DNA of 45,807 bases. It comes from Promethearchaeota archaeon. Its GTDB lineage: Archaea > Asgardarchaeota > Lokiarchaeia > Sigyniarchaeales > SOKP01. The position numbers and the translations under genes were made by a program. Under the pieces are notes generated by a model that did no database searches, was not told the DNA's origin, and saw only the letters and a program-made list of their open reading frames with translations. The stretch spans positions 1-45,807 of the forward strand of contig JAEOTP010000088.1 of the NCBI GenBank assembly GCA_016839765.1, in the 5' to 3' direction. Positions 10,558 through 20,325 of the stretch are shown in pieces (positions within the stretch are counted from its first letter, which is position 1; the number at the start of each line of letters is the position of its first letter).

Positions 10558-10812
10558 TTAACCCCCAATCACTTTAGCCCATAATTGTAATGTGTCATTT
10601 TCTTTTAGACCAAACTTTTCAACTGCGTCTCTAATCGATATTGTATTAGGTAATTCCTTTCCGTGATGAACTAAAGTATAGGATCTTTGTTCAGAGCTTA
10701 TTCCACCCATATGTTTTACAACTATATTTATGATACTCTCAATTAGATGTTTTTCATTAACATCAATTCTAATTATTTTAGATCTTCTCGTATCTTCAAC
10801 CGACAATATCAT
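10558..10812 (-). CDS. Ubiquitin-like beta-grasp protein with C-terminal Gly-Gly
   Basis: 84 aa; 'YTLVHHGKEL', 'GLKENDTLQLWAKVIGG' parallel ubiquitin 'RLIFAGKQL', 'NIQKESTLHLVLRLRGG'. Confidence 0.75.
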   Translation of the reverse strand: MILSVEDTRRSKIIRIDVNEKHLIESIINIVVKHMGGISSEQRSYTLVHHGKELPNTISIRDAVEKFGLKENDTLQLWAKVIGG

Positions 10813-10887
10813 AATTTATTCATCAAAAAAATAATAATCTACTAAATTTTATTAGATTTAGATTCGAAACTTCTCACAAAGTTCGAA

Positions 10888-12144
10888 TTATAATTGGTGA
10901 TATTTTTTTTTTAATTCAGTTAAAATTGCATATTTCGGAAATTCTTTTAAAATTGGTGTTATTAGCCTTCTTAAGGGTGTCAATCTCTGAAAATCATCTA
11001 AATCCAAGTCTACTAGATTTTTTAAAGCCAATCCTTTGAACTTATCAGACAACTCGTCTAGATGAGCACTTTTTTGAAATTTTGAGTATAAAAAGCGAAA
11101 GTATCCTTGTAAAAAGCCTAATACTGACGATTTTATTTTTATATCAAACAGCTTATTACCAATATCACTTAAAATATTCTCAAATAAATTTATTGTTTGT
11201 AATTTCTTCTGTTCATCCGGAATATCTGGTTCTAATTTATTTAGATAACTAAATTTTTCAATATTCTCATCTACAATTAAATATAACATTTTCTCAAACT
11301 TTTCTTCTTCTCTAAAATAATAGTCACCACTCCCATCAACTGCCAATTTGAAGAATTTTGTTGGATATAAATCCTCTTCTACAATATTTTGCACAAAATA
11401 GTTAAGTGTTCCAATTTTAATATCATACTTATGAGAAAAATCTTCAGGTAATATATATTCTGGATATTTATTTGGATGATTCAATGAAAGGAATAATAGA
11501 ATTTTATAGAAATCCTCCTCAGATGGGAGTAAATTTTCAATTCTAGCATAGTCTAAGTGATTTACTAAATCTAAAAATATGATTTTAATTTCATCATCAT
11601 CAATTTCACACTTTTCAAAGAAGCTTTTAGCTTTTTTCTTAATATCTTCGATTCTTTCTACATCCTCCTCTAAAATCGTTTGGTAATCCAAATGGTAAGC
11701 TTTCAACATTTTAGAATATTCTAATTCTCCGGATTTAGTAATTCGGTATTCCATATTTTCACTTTCTACAAAATTCTTTTTTATTAGAAGATTTAAATTT
11801 TTCGATAGAGAATGATGATTAATTGAAAGAGGTTTCTCAAGGAAGTCTGACCATTTACAATAATCATTATTGAACAACAGCCAAAGAATAGTATGGTGAT
11901 AATTTCTCTTATTCAAAATTATTTCTGGAGGGTATCTTAGCTTCCTCTCGGATGAGTCTTTGAATCTCAAGTCGGAGTAACGCTTTCTGCCTTCTGATGT
12001 TGCTGTATAAAGCCCTTTACTTTTTTTCTCAGCGTACCCATTTGTTATTAATATATTCATGTATTTTGACAACGTAGCTAAACTAATTTCTAATGGTTTC
12101 TCTAAAAAGTCAGACCAATTGCATTCTTCATTATTATTCAGCAT
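10888..12144 (-). CDS. Protein with tandem winged-helix-like repeats (putative DNA-binding); true start probably further upstream (~12234)
   Basis: Two copies of ILWxLxNN..CxWSDFLEKPLxI...LSKxxNxL...Y..TxxG; first repeat continues upstream of the annotated ATG. Confidence 0.7.
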   Translation of the reverse strand: MLNNNEECNWSDFLEKPLEISLATLSKYMNILITNGYAEKKSKGLYTATSEGRKRYSDLRFKDSSERKLRYPPEIILNKRNYHHTILWLLFNNDYCKWSDFLEKPLSINHHSLSKNLNLLIKKNFVESENMEYRITKSGELEYSKMLKAYHLDYQTILEEDVERIEDIKKKAKSFFEKCEIDDDEIKIIFLDLVNHLDYARIENLLPSEEDFYKILLFLSLNHPNKYPEYILPEDFSHKYDIKIGTLNYFVQNIVEEDLYPTKFFKLAVDGSGDYYFREEEKFEKMLYLIVDENIEKFSYLNKLEPDIPDEQKKLQTINLFENILSDIGNKLFDIKIKSSVLGFLQGYFRFLYSKFQKSAHLDELSDKFKGLALKNLVDLDLDDFQRLTPLRRLITPILKEFPKYAILTELKKKYHQL

Positions 12145-12406
12145 CCAGAGAATGATATACTCAAAGTCTTTCTTTTCGATTCCGGATGGATTAATAATTT
12201 CTTCTGGAGGATAATTTAATTTTTTAGCACAAATATTATTAGAACACCATAGACCGTTAAATTCATATTTACATTATTTATGATATATAAAAATATGTAA
12301 AACATGTTTAAATAGTTAATTTAAACATCAAGATTTCTCAATAAAGTTCTCTTTATCTTTTTTTTAACATTGTTAAGAAATAAAAGTATTTAATTAAAAA
12401 ATTGTT

Positions 12407-13348
12407 TTAAATGTTAAAACCCTCCTCAAAATCATCATATTCCTCTTCAAATCGCTTGATTTCTTCCTCTTTAAGCTTCTTTTTAAGCTCTTTACGCTCC
12501 TTATAAGTATGAGACTCATCATAACGTTTAATATACATTTTTTCGTATCTCTCTCTGAGCTTCTCAACGCTTTCTACTTGTCCAATTTTATCTTGTAATC
12601 CATCTTCAAAAAACCAGTTTCTCTTAAATTCTTTTGCGGGTATACCAACATAAATCCATCCATCTTTTAATTCTTGACCAACAGTAGTGACTGAGTTCGC
12701 TGCTAATACACTACGCCTACCAATATGGGTTCCTGGCATTACTATAGCATGAGACCCGATGCGAACTTCATCTTCTATTAAAGTTTTCCGAATGATTAGT
12801 AAATTTCCGATAATAACACTTGATTGGATAATTGCCCCTTGACCTACCACCACATTCTTTCCAAACTCCATAAATTCCGTGTCGCACCAACCTTCAAATA
12901 AGGAGTTAGAAAATTTTGTTTTAACTCCAAAAACCTTAAAACAGACATTATCTAAAAAGGGAAATGGAAACTTATGGGCAAGCCAAAAAGGAAACCGTTT
13001 AATAGTGCTTCTCATGCTCCAATAACGATAATCTTTATCAGAAGGGTGTCTAAGAAATGTACCCTCACGAGGTTTATGAACCGCATTAACAAATAAAAGA
13101 ATGATTTTAGCAAAAAAAATCGCAGAAAATACTGCTATAATATACATTCCAAAACATAAAAGAGGCAAAAAGGTATAAAAGTGAAGTGGTCTTTTATAAT
13201 CCCATAGCCACTGCCAATATGCCCAAAATATAAGTAAAAGTGGGATAATCGTCGCCCATATAATTATAATATAAAAGATTAAATATCTCTTTCTAACGAG
13301 AACCGTTGGTAAAAATGGTCCAACTCGCATAGTATTAGGTACAGACAT
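12407..13348 (-). CDS. 2-TM + left-handed beta-helix (hexapeptide repeat) acyltransferase-like protein, unit type C
   Basis: Two TMs, HKPREGTFLR..DKDYRYW, FGKNVVVGQGAII, IEDEVRIGSHAIVMPGTHIG, WIYVGIPAK; close paralog of 21883..22725. Confidence 0.8.
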   Translation of the reverse strand: MSVPNTMRVGPFLPTVLVRKRYLIFYIIIIWATIIPLLLIFWAYWQWLWDYKRPLHFYTFLPLLCFGMYIIAVFSAIFFAKIILLFVNAVHKPREGTFLRHPSDKDYRYWSMRSTIKRFPFWLAHKFPFPFLDNVCFKVFGVKTKFSNSLFEGWCDTEFMEFGKNVVVGQGAIIQSSVIIGNLLIIRKTLIEDEVRIGSHAIVMPGTHIGRRSVLAANSVTTVGQELKDGWIYVGIPAKEFKRNWFFEDGLQDKIGQVESVEKLRERYEKMYIKRYDESHTYKERKELKKKLKEEEIKRFEEEYDDFEEGFNI

Positions 13349-13354
13349 ACTTTC

Positions 13355-15232
13355 TCACTCATCTTTAGTTTTTACTAATTTCTTTTTTTTCTCATCAATA
13401 TTAACTTCATGTTCCACTTCAAACTTTTTCGCCCCATCCACATCTCTCTTCATAATTAAATCTCTTCTTTCTTCAGCATACTTATTTTCTTTTAGTTTTA
13501 TTACAGGAATACCAAAATAAATCCAACTGGGTTCAATAACTTGATTGAATAATGTGGTAGAGACAGCCCCTACAAAAGAATCGTGCCCGATTATTGTTCC
13601 TGGAGCAATTGTAGTATGACCTCCGACTAAAACGTAATCATCAAAAATCAATCTTTTTATTACCAAATATTTGCCCACAACCATAGAAGACATAACTGTA
13701 GCCCCCTGCCCTATTAAATTTTTTCTTCCAAAACTTATGAATTCACCGTCGCACCACGCATCATTAAGATGACTCGAAAAATCCATATTTACGCCAAACC
13801 ATTTGAATGCTAATGCATCAATCCAAGGAAGTGGTGAATTTCTCAGAAGCCATAGGGTGATTTTTCTTAGTTGAGTACGGAGCATCCAAAATTCATAATC
13901 AGTATCTCCTATTTCTGCCAAAAATGTGCCCTCTTTAGGTTTATGAATTAAATTTACGAGAATTAACAACAATTTACTAAATAGTAACACTCCCAAAATG
14001 AAAAGATATAACATAGAAATAAGAGATATGGGGAGAAATATAATAGAACTCAGTTTTACTCCCTCCATCGAATATCCATACCAATAAATTGCAACAAGAA
14101 GGCCACTTAACCAGAAAATTGGAAGATAAACCACTAAGAATTTGATATTAATTCTACTAATAGCACTACTCGTTGTAAAGTCTAAAGCCAAATCTTCACT
14201 CGTCAAAGTTGACACATCATTTTGTTCAATTTCTTCACTTATATCAATATCTCCCTTAAAACCCTCTTCTTCATCATCCTCTATTCTCTCTATTATTTCT
14301 TTTGCCTCTTCCTCTTTAACCTTACCGCTCTTCTTCTTTATAAATAGCTCTGGATTTTCGTTTTTCCTTAAATCTTCTTCGCTTAAATCTAGCCAACTCA
14401 TTGTTTTTTTCTTAAAAATCTTACGCATGGGAGCTCCAAAATAAAAATGACGATTTCCTTTAATAACACTATGTTTGACACCACAAGCTAAAGGCAACAT
14501 ATATGCATTATCAGATATCTCACATCCTGGACCAAGCTGATTCATAGCAGCAAGAGTAACATTATCTCCAAGACTAACCTTAAAATAATTAATATTTCCA
14601 AATATTCCAGATACAGTATGACTTGCTAACGAAGAATTAACACCAATATAGCAATTTTTACCAACATCGATAAATTTATCAGAGGCTACTGATTCTTCAA
14701 TAGTGGTTCCTTTTCCTATTTTACTTGTTCCGATAAAATTATAGAACCAGGTTGATAACCAAGGAAATAAACCTTTTCCAAATACATTTTTTCCATATTT
14801 TAATATAAAACTTCTTATATGGTAGTAATTAGCTGTTTTGGAACGAATATTCCTTGGAATAATTCCATCCTTGGAAGGTGAGATTTTTTCTGTTATTTTC
14901 CAGAAAATTTTGGTAATAATTCCAATAAGAAGTAATCTGACGTAATAACCAATAATTAGCACTAAAGGCATAGCTAATAATGCTATTAAGGGCTTAATTT
15001 CAGTAAATATTGCAAAAAAATTGGTAATTCTCAAAAAATAGGGTTCAAAAAATAGAAGAACATAAGAAAAGAATATAAAGCCTGGCACTAACCATGAACC
15101 ATAATAAATAATAAAAAACAAGATAATGTATACATGAAACTGGAGACTCTGTTCTTCCCTAACAACCTCTTCTTCAGTATTATTATCTGAATCTTCATTG
15201 TTTTTTGAATCTTCAGACATTTTAATCATCAA
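13355..15232 (-). CDS. Fused A-B protein: two tandem (2-TM + left-handed beta-helix) units
   Basis: N-half aligns to 23623..24528, C-half to 22725..23630, joined by a charged linker; hexapeptide repeats in both halves. Confidence 0.8.
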   Translation of the reverse strand: MMIKMSEDSKNNEDSDNNTEEEVVREEQSLQFHVYIILFFIIYYGSWLVPGFIFFSYVLLFFEPYFLRITNFFAIFTEIKPLIALLAMPLVLIIGYYVRLLLIGIITKIFWKITEKISPSKDGIIPRNIRSKTANYYHIRSFILKYGKNVFGKGLFPWLSTWFYNFIGTSKIGKGTTIEESVASDKFIDVGKNCYIGVNSSLASHTVSGIFGNINYFKVSLGDNVTLAAMNQLGPGCEISDNAYMLPLACGVKHSVIKGNRHFYFGAPMRKIFKKKTMSWLDLSEEDLRKNENPELFIKKKSGKVKEEEAKEIIERIEDDEEEGFKGDIDISEEIEQNDVSTLTSEDLALDFTTSSAISRINIKFLVVYLPIFWLSGLLVAIYWYGYSMEGVKLSSIIFLPISLISMLYLFILGVLLFSKLLLILVNLIHKPKEGTFLAEIGDTDYEFWMLRTQLRKITLWLLRNSPLPWIDALAFKWFGVNMDFSSHLNDAWCDGEFISFGRKNLIGQGATVMSSMVVGKYLVIKRLIFDDYVLVGGHTTIAPGTIIGHDSFVGAVSTTLFNQVIEPSWIYFGIPVIKLKENKYAEERRDLIMKRDVDGAKKFEVEHEVNIDEKKKKLVKTKDE

Positions 15233-15331
15233 TTTATAATATTGATATCTACTAGTAAAAATGTTTTTAATCTTTACTTAAAATTTCTATTTTATACTTT
15301 AATAGATATTTTTTTTATCTTTTAAAGTTAT

Positions 15332-15769
15332 ATGATTAACAATTTGTGTTTACTATCGGTATTAATCATGAATAAAATGAAGCACATCTGTAATGATTGC
15401 GGAAAATGTTGCCAAAAAACAGAAATGTTGTTATCAGAGCGAGATATTCGTTTAATTGAAGAAAAAATTTTAAACATCACTAGGTATGAATTTACCCAAT
15501 TGAACGAAAAAGGGATTTATCAATTAAAAAATAAAGATAACCACTGTGTCTTTTTAGATATTAAATCTAAATTGTGTAATATATATAAAATCAGGCCACA
15601 GGGTTGCAGATTCTATCCTACAATTTATGATAATGAAAAGAAAATTTGTATTTATGATGAAGAGTGCCCCAGAATCTCGCAATTTTATCTAAGTCATAAA
15701 AAATTTAAAAAAACATGTAACAATATTAAAAAATTTATAAAGAGAGACCTTAAGATAGAAATTACCTAA
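15332..15769 (+). CDS. YkgJ-family CxxCxxCC cysteine-cluster (putative Fe-S/Zn) protein
   Basis: CNDCGKCC, CVFLD, CNIYKIRPQGCRFYP. Confidence 0.85.
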   Translation: MINNLCLLSVLIMNKMKHICNDCGKCCQKTEMLLSERDIRLIEEKILNITRYEFTQLNEKGIYQLKNKDNHCVFLDIKSKLCNIYKIRPQGCRFYPTIYDNEKKICIYDEECPRISQFYLSHKKFKKTCNNIKKFIKRDLKIEIT

Positions 15770-15772
15770 GAA

Positions 15773-16780
15773 TTAAAATATAAGAATTGTTTTGATATGA
15801 TCTCTACTTTTTTCATATGACGTAAAAGCTTCATCAATCTTTTCTAAAGGAAATTGTTTTGAAATTAAATCCTTTACATGGATATTTCCTGATTTTAGCC
15901 CTTCTATTGCCTTATTAAATGGACCACATCTGCTACTATATATCGTAAGCTCCCGTATAACTATGTCTGTTAAATTCATCGGAGTATCTAATCCATGGGT
16001 ACTTTTCATATGAATTTTACCCCGCGTTCTACAAGAAGCAATTATATCTGAAATTGCATTTGGATTTCCAGTAGCATCCACAACTATATCGGTGCCTAAT
16101 CCATTTGTAATTTTTTTAATTTCATTAGGAATATTCTTTATTTTTAAGCGATTTATTAAATACTTCGCACCAAATTTTTTTGCTAATTCAAGTTTTTTAT
16201 CGGAACCATCAATTACGATTAATTCTAAATCCATTAATAGAGCAACCTGAACTATCAACAAACCTAATTTTCCAAGTCCAAAGATAGCTATATTTTTATC
16301 ATTATGGCTAAGGGGCATCGTTTCAAATATCTGATAGGCCGCAGCTAAAGGTTCAATGAAAGTTGCTTCATTAAAATCGATTGAGTCTGGTATCTCATGT
16401 ATTAAGTATGATTCTACAGCAATATATTCTGCAAATCCACCATTGATATCAATTCCTAATGCTTTTCTCGATAGACATTGAGTAAACATCTCTCTTTTGC
16501 AATAATAGCAATTAAAATCTATATTGCTGTTAATTTCGGACACAATCCTTTTTCCTAGCCATGAATTTTCCACCTCTTGTCCGACTTTTACAATCTCACC
16601 AGCAATTTCATGTCCTAAAATAAGTGGAGTTGGTGTTGGTAGAGTGCCTTTCACAATCGCTAAATCGGTACCACATATTCCTGTAGCTTTAACCTTAATT
16701 AATACCTGAGATTTAGTAAGTTCTGGGATTGGAACCTCTTTAACATTAATTTCCTTTCCATCAAATACAGCAGCTTTCAT
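15773..16780 (-). CDS. Zinc-dependent medium-chain alcohol/polyol dehydrogenase
   Basis: GICGTD, LGHEIAG, FIEPLAA, GLGKLG Rossmann motif. Confidence 0.9.
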   Translation of the reverse strand: MKAAVFDGKEINVKEVPIPELTKSQVLIKVKATGICGTDLAIVKGTLPTPTPLILGHEIAGEIVKVGQEVENSWLGKRIVSEINSNIDFNCYYCKREMFTQCLSRKALGIDINGGFAEYIAVESYLIHEIPDSIDFNEATFIEPLAAAYQIFETMPLSHNDKNIAIFGLGKLGLLIVQVALLMDLELIVIDGSDKKLELAKKFGAKYLINRLKIKNIPNEIKKITNGLGTDIVVDATGNPNAISDIIASCRTRGKIHMKSTHGLDTPMNLTDIVIRELTIYSSRCGPFNKAIEGLKSGNIHVKDLISKQFPLEKIDEAFTSYEKSRDHIKTILIF

Positions 16781-17009
16781 AAATAATTAAAATCAATTTA
16801 GAGTTTAATAAATATTAATAAAACATAATTAAATAAATATACAGAACTTAAAGGCAATTAAATAAAGCTATTTTAAAATTATAAGATCCAAGTAATTTAC
16901 ACAAATTATCAATAGCAATTTTATAAAAAATATTTATGAGTCCTAACCAGTTTTAATATATTTCTTGGTTCCTTTAATTCAAGTAACTAATTAACAAATA
17001 AATTGTGAT

Positions 17010-17552
17010 TTGATGAATAAAAAAGTTTTAATTTGGGAGATTATCGGCATAGTTTTTATTATATTTCTAGGTTCATTCATGCATTTTCTTTTTGAATTAA
17101 CAGGATCTTGGCCCCCTATTGGTGCTATAGCAGCAGTAAATGAAAGTACTTGGGAACACTTGAAATTAGGGTATTGGCCCTTGATGTTCTTTGCTTTAAT
17201 TGAATATAAGTTTATAAAAGAAGAGGTTAATAATTTTGCGTTCGCTAAATTTGTGGGCTCGTTATTGATTTTTGGAGTTATTATCATCTTTTTTTATTCT
17301 TATACAGCCATATTAGGAGAGGATTTATTAATACTTGACATATTTAGTTTTATCCTTTCAATAATCATAGCTCAATTAGTAAGTTATAAAATTTTAACAA
17401 TTAAAAGGCTAAAAAATGGTGTTTCTATCATATCATTGGTTGGACTCGTAATTCTGGGATTGTTATTCATATTATTCACCTATTTTCCTCCGCAGATATT
17501 CCTCTTTCAAGATCCTGTATCTGGTGGTTATGGAATAGTAGAACATCTCTAA
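17010..17552 (+). CDS. Conserved membrane protein (DUF6512-like)
   Basis: GSFMHFLFE, VNESTWEHLKL, TYFPP...FQDP motifs; ~5 TM. Confidence 0.7.
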   Translation: MMNKKVLIWEIIGIVFIIFLGSFMHFLFELTGSWPPIGAIAAVNESTWEHLKLGYWPLMFFALIEYKFIKEEVNNFAFAKFVGSLLIFGVIIIFFYSYTAILGEDLLILDIFSFILSIIIAQLVSYKILTIKRLKNGVSIISLVGLVILGLLFILFTYFPPQIFLFQDPVSGGYGIVEHL

Positions 17553-17666
17553 TTCAACTCAAATTTTTCTTATTTTACTTTTTTTTAACTAAATAATTAT
17601 AAACTCAATTTATAACATTCAAAAAATTAACATAATACAGGAAATTTATTTTAAAAAGTCGATTTT

Positions 17667-19322
17667 ATGAAATGTTTTGACTTTGATGAAAGCGTTCAAA
17701 AAGTATTAAATGATTCTTTTTCTGATATTGAACCTACAAACTGGAAGAGATGGTTAGAAATTTCATCCAGTGAAGAGTTTGAAGAATTATGTTTAAAAAA
17801 TTCTGGATTATCTTCTGTAAATGAAATTTTTAAAAGGGCAACTTCTGAAATTACCGATTCAAGAAGTTTTTCTATTAATTTGGAAAAATTTCTTTCTGAT
17901 TATAACCATTCTTATACTCCAATACTGTGTCATACGTCAGGAACAACTGATAGTAAGATTTCAGCTCTTAAGTGGTTCTTTATGTCAAAAAGTGTAACTC
18001 AAAAAAATTGGGCTCCAGGTATGCAAGCCATATTCGAATCAAGCGGATTAGATTCTAAATCTTCTGCTGTAATTTTTGTGCCTTCAAGAATTAAATTAGA
18101 TGGTTTACAATATTATGAAGGACAACCATATATTTCACTTTACTCATCTGAATTTTCTCAAAGGGTAATGCTTTCAATCATTAAACCAAAAACTTACACT
18201 TTTTACGAATATAAAAATTCTAAAAACTTAGATGTAATCTCTAAAATAATAGATATGGATGATATTAGAGTTGTTTCTGCTCCTGCTTTAACCATTTTAG
18301 GATGGGCTGATTTAGAAAAACTTACATTACGCGTACAAAAATCTCTTGATGATTTACCAGATTATAAAAATCATATATTAGAGAATCTCATTTCGATGAT
18401 TAAAAAAGAAGGTATACAAAAAGCATCAAAATTAATTCAAGAAAAGCTTTCAGACAAATTATCTAAGGCGACAATAATATTTAGTATAAGTTCCCTTTCA
18501 GAGCAGAACTGGGCTTTAATAAGAAGGTTTATGAAATGGGAAAAGGGAAGAGAAAAATTTACAAATCTTTATGTAGCATCTGAGATTGGACCTTTCGCAT
18601 CCAGTATCTCTAAAGGGGACTTCGAAATATCTCGTCAAAATAGGTTGTATGTTTTTCCTTTGACATTGCCTGTTATAGAACACCATAATAAAAAACAATT
18701 AATTTCTCGAGCTTCAAACACGACGGGCAAGCTATTAGTGTCAAGAATGGATGGTTCTACCCCCTTAATTAATATCGATTTAGGCGATATTATTACTGTA
18801 AAAGAAAATGAGGGATTACCGCAAATTGATGGAAAAATCATACGATCTAGTTTTAAATTAAAATATGATCTTAAATTATCTGAAAAACTTGCTATACCTT
18901 TCGATTATAACATTTATGCTGGTGATTTTTTCTCTCTAAATGAATTTACAATAAATCAACCAAGAAACTTAATTAATTGCTTAAAAAATGATTGTAATTT
19001 GGAAGTTGATGCGTTATTATTATTAAAGAATAATAAAAAAACCTGGGATTTAGTTTTTCCATCTAATATTCAAGAAAATTGTATGAAAGATAAGAAATTA
19101 ATAGAATTAATTTCTTCATGTCCGCATCAGGAGGAGCTCACTCAAGGAATAATCAACAATTTAATCAATATCTATTTTATTGAAGATCAGCCGGTTGACT
19201 TCTTAGCTACGCGATCAGAAATATTGAATAAAGTTCGTGAAGGACAGGCACCTAAAGGCATATTGAAAAAATGGCCTTTATATGTAATTATTCCCAAAAA
19301 CGATGAGAATAATCTTATCTAA
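17667..19322 (+). CDS. Divergent adenylate-forming enzyme (GH3/PaaK-like ANL fold)
   Basis: HTSGTT P-loop-like motif, YVASEIG (YxxSE) motif, IDLGDII (xxGD) motif in the expected order. Confidence 0.6.
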   Translation: MKCFDFDESVQKVLNDSFSDIEPTNWKRWLEISSSEEFEELCLKNSGLSSVNEIFKRATSEITDSRSFSINLEKFLSDYNHSYTPILCHTSGTTDSKISALKWFFMSKSVTQKNWAPGMQAIFESSGLDSKSSAVIFVPSRIKLDGLQYYEGQPYISLYSSEFSQRVMLSIIKPKTYTFYEYKNSKNLDVISKIIDMDDIRVVSAPALTILGWADLEKLTLRVQKSLDDLPDYKNHILENLISMIKKEGIQKASKLIQEKLSDKLSKATIIFSISSLSEQNWALIRRFMKWEKGREKFTNLYVASEIGPFASSISKGDFEISRQNRLYVFPLTLPVIEHHNKKQLISRASNTTGKLLVSRMDGSTPLINIDLGDIITVKENEGLPQIDGKIIRSSFKLKYDLKLSEKLAIPFDYNIYAGDFFSLNEFTINQPRNLINCLKNDCNLEVDALLLLKNNKKTWDLVFPSNIQENCMKDKKLIELISSCPHQEELTQGIINNLINIYFIEDQPVDFLATRSEILNKVREGQAPKGILKKWPLYVIIPKNDENNLI

Positions 19323-19344
19323 AAAAAAAAAGGAACAACATAAT

Positions 19345-19746
19345 TTATTGCCAAACGGCTAAAATTAAACCCGCGATTATGAATCCAATCAAGTAAAACC
19401 CATATTCTAAAAGAAAAAGCTTTACTCCTCTATCGTTAAAATTATTTTGATTAATTGCAATAGTTGCAACAAATCCTACCCATAAGAGGATACTTATGAT
19501 TAATGCTGATACAATATCATTCATATTAGTGAGATCCATGATAACCTCAATCATTAGAACAGTAATAAAGCTCGTTGGAATCATTATTATCGTATCTCTA
19601 ATAATTTTTGATTTGGGTTCACTCTCTTTACCGACTAATTTTAGCCACATATTCCCGAAGGCAAAAGGAAAATACCAGAAAAAATGAATCAGAAAATAAA
19701 TTATTGCAACCACAACAACAGCTAACCAGTTAATCATCAAAGCCAT
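19345..19746 (-). CDS. DUF1761-family membrane protein
   Basis: INWLAVVVVA...WY.P.AFG..W pattern; 4 TM. Confidence 0.75.
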   Translation of the reverse strand: MALMINWLAVVVVAIIYFLIHFFWYFPFAFGNMWLKLVGKESEPKSKIIRDTIIMIPTSFITVLMIEVIMDLTNMNDIVSALIISILLWVGFVATIAINQNNFNDRGVKLFLLEYGFYLIGFIIAGLILAVWQ

Positions 19747-19851
19747 ATTTTGTCACTTCTTAAATTAATAATTTGTAATTAAAAGGAATATAAATGAACA
19801 ATATTTATTTCTTATTTGTTTAAATTATAAATTAAAATTAATGGGTTTTCA

Positions 19852-20325
19852 ATGAAAGATAAATTCAATTTAGTGGGGACTAAAATAAAACAATTTAAAT
19901 TACCAAACTCAAGAGGCGAAACAAATAGTATTCAGGACTTCTTGGGTCAAAGCGTAGTAATTGTTTTATTCCGGAGTAAAAATTGACCCTATGCTAAAGC
20001 ACATGCAGGAAAACTCGGTGTTGATTTCGATAAATTCAAAGAATACAACGCAATATTATATACGATCTTACCAGATGACCTTGAAAGTGCTAAGAATTTT
20101 GAAGCCAATTTTGCGAAAAATAAATTTCCAATTTATTATGATGCCAAAAAAAAGGTGAATAAAATGTTAAAACAGGAAGTAAAACCTTTAAAACTGGGAA
20201 GGATGCCAGCACTTCTCATAATCGACAAACAAGGGATTATAAAATATGCATATTACAGTGATTCAATGAGTGATATACCAGACAATGAGGAAATTTTTGA
20301 AGTACTCAAAAATCTTAATAAATAA
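19852..20325 (+). CDS. Peroxiredoxin-like (AhpC/TSA, thioredoxin fold) protein with in-frame TGA at codon 45; probable selenoprotein
   Basis: Manual translation: MKDKFNLVGTKIKQFKLPNSRGETNSIQDFLGQSVVIVLFRSKN-TGA-PYAKAHAGKL...KFPIYYD...GRMPALLIIDKQGIIKYAYYSDSMSDIPDNEEIFEVLKNLNK*; TGA at 19984-19986; 157 residues. Confidence 0.8.

Noticed and set aside
10558-10812. Ubl acting as carrier protein for the LbH/adenylation system
   Set aside because: Separated from it by an unrelated gene, and no sequence evidence links them
19961-20158. 65-aa ORF in the supplied track
   Set aside because: Alternative-frame shadow of the TGA-containing peroxiredoxin-like gene
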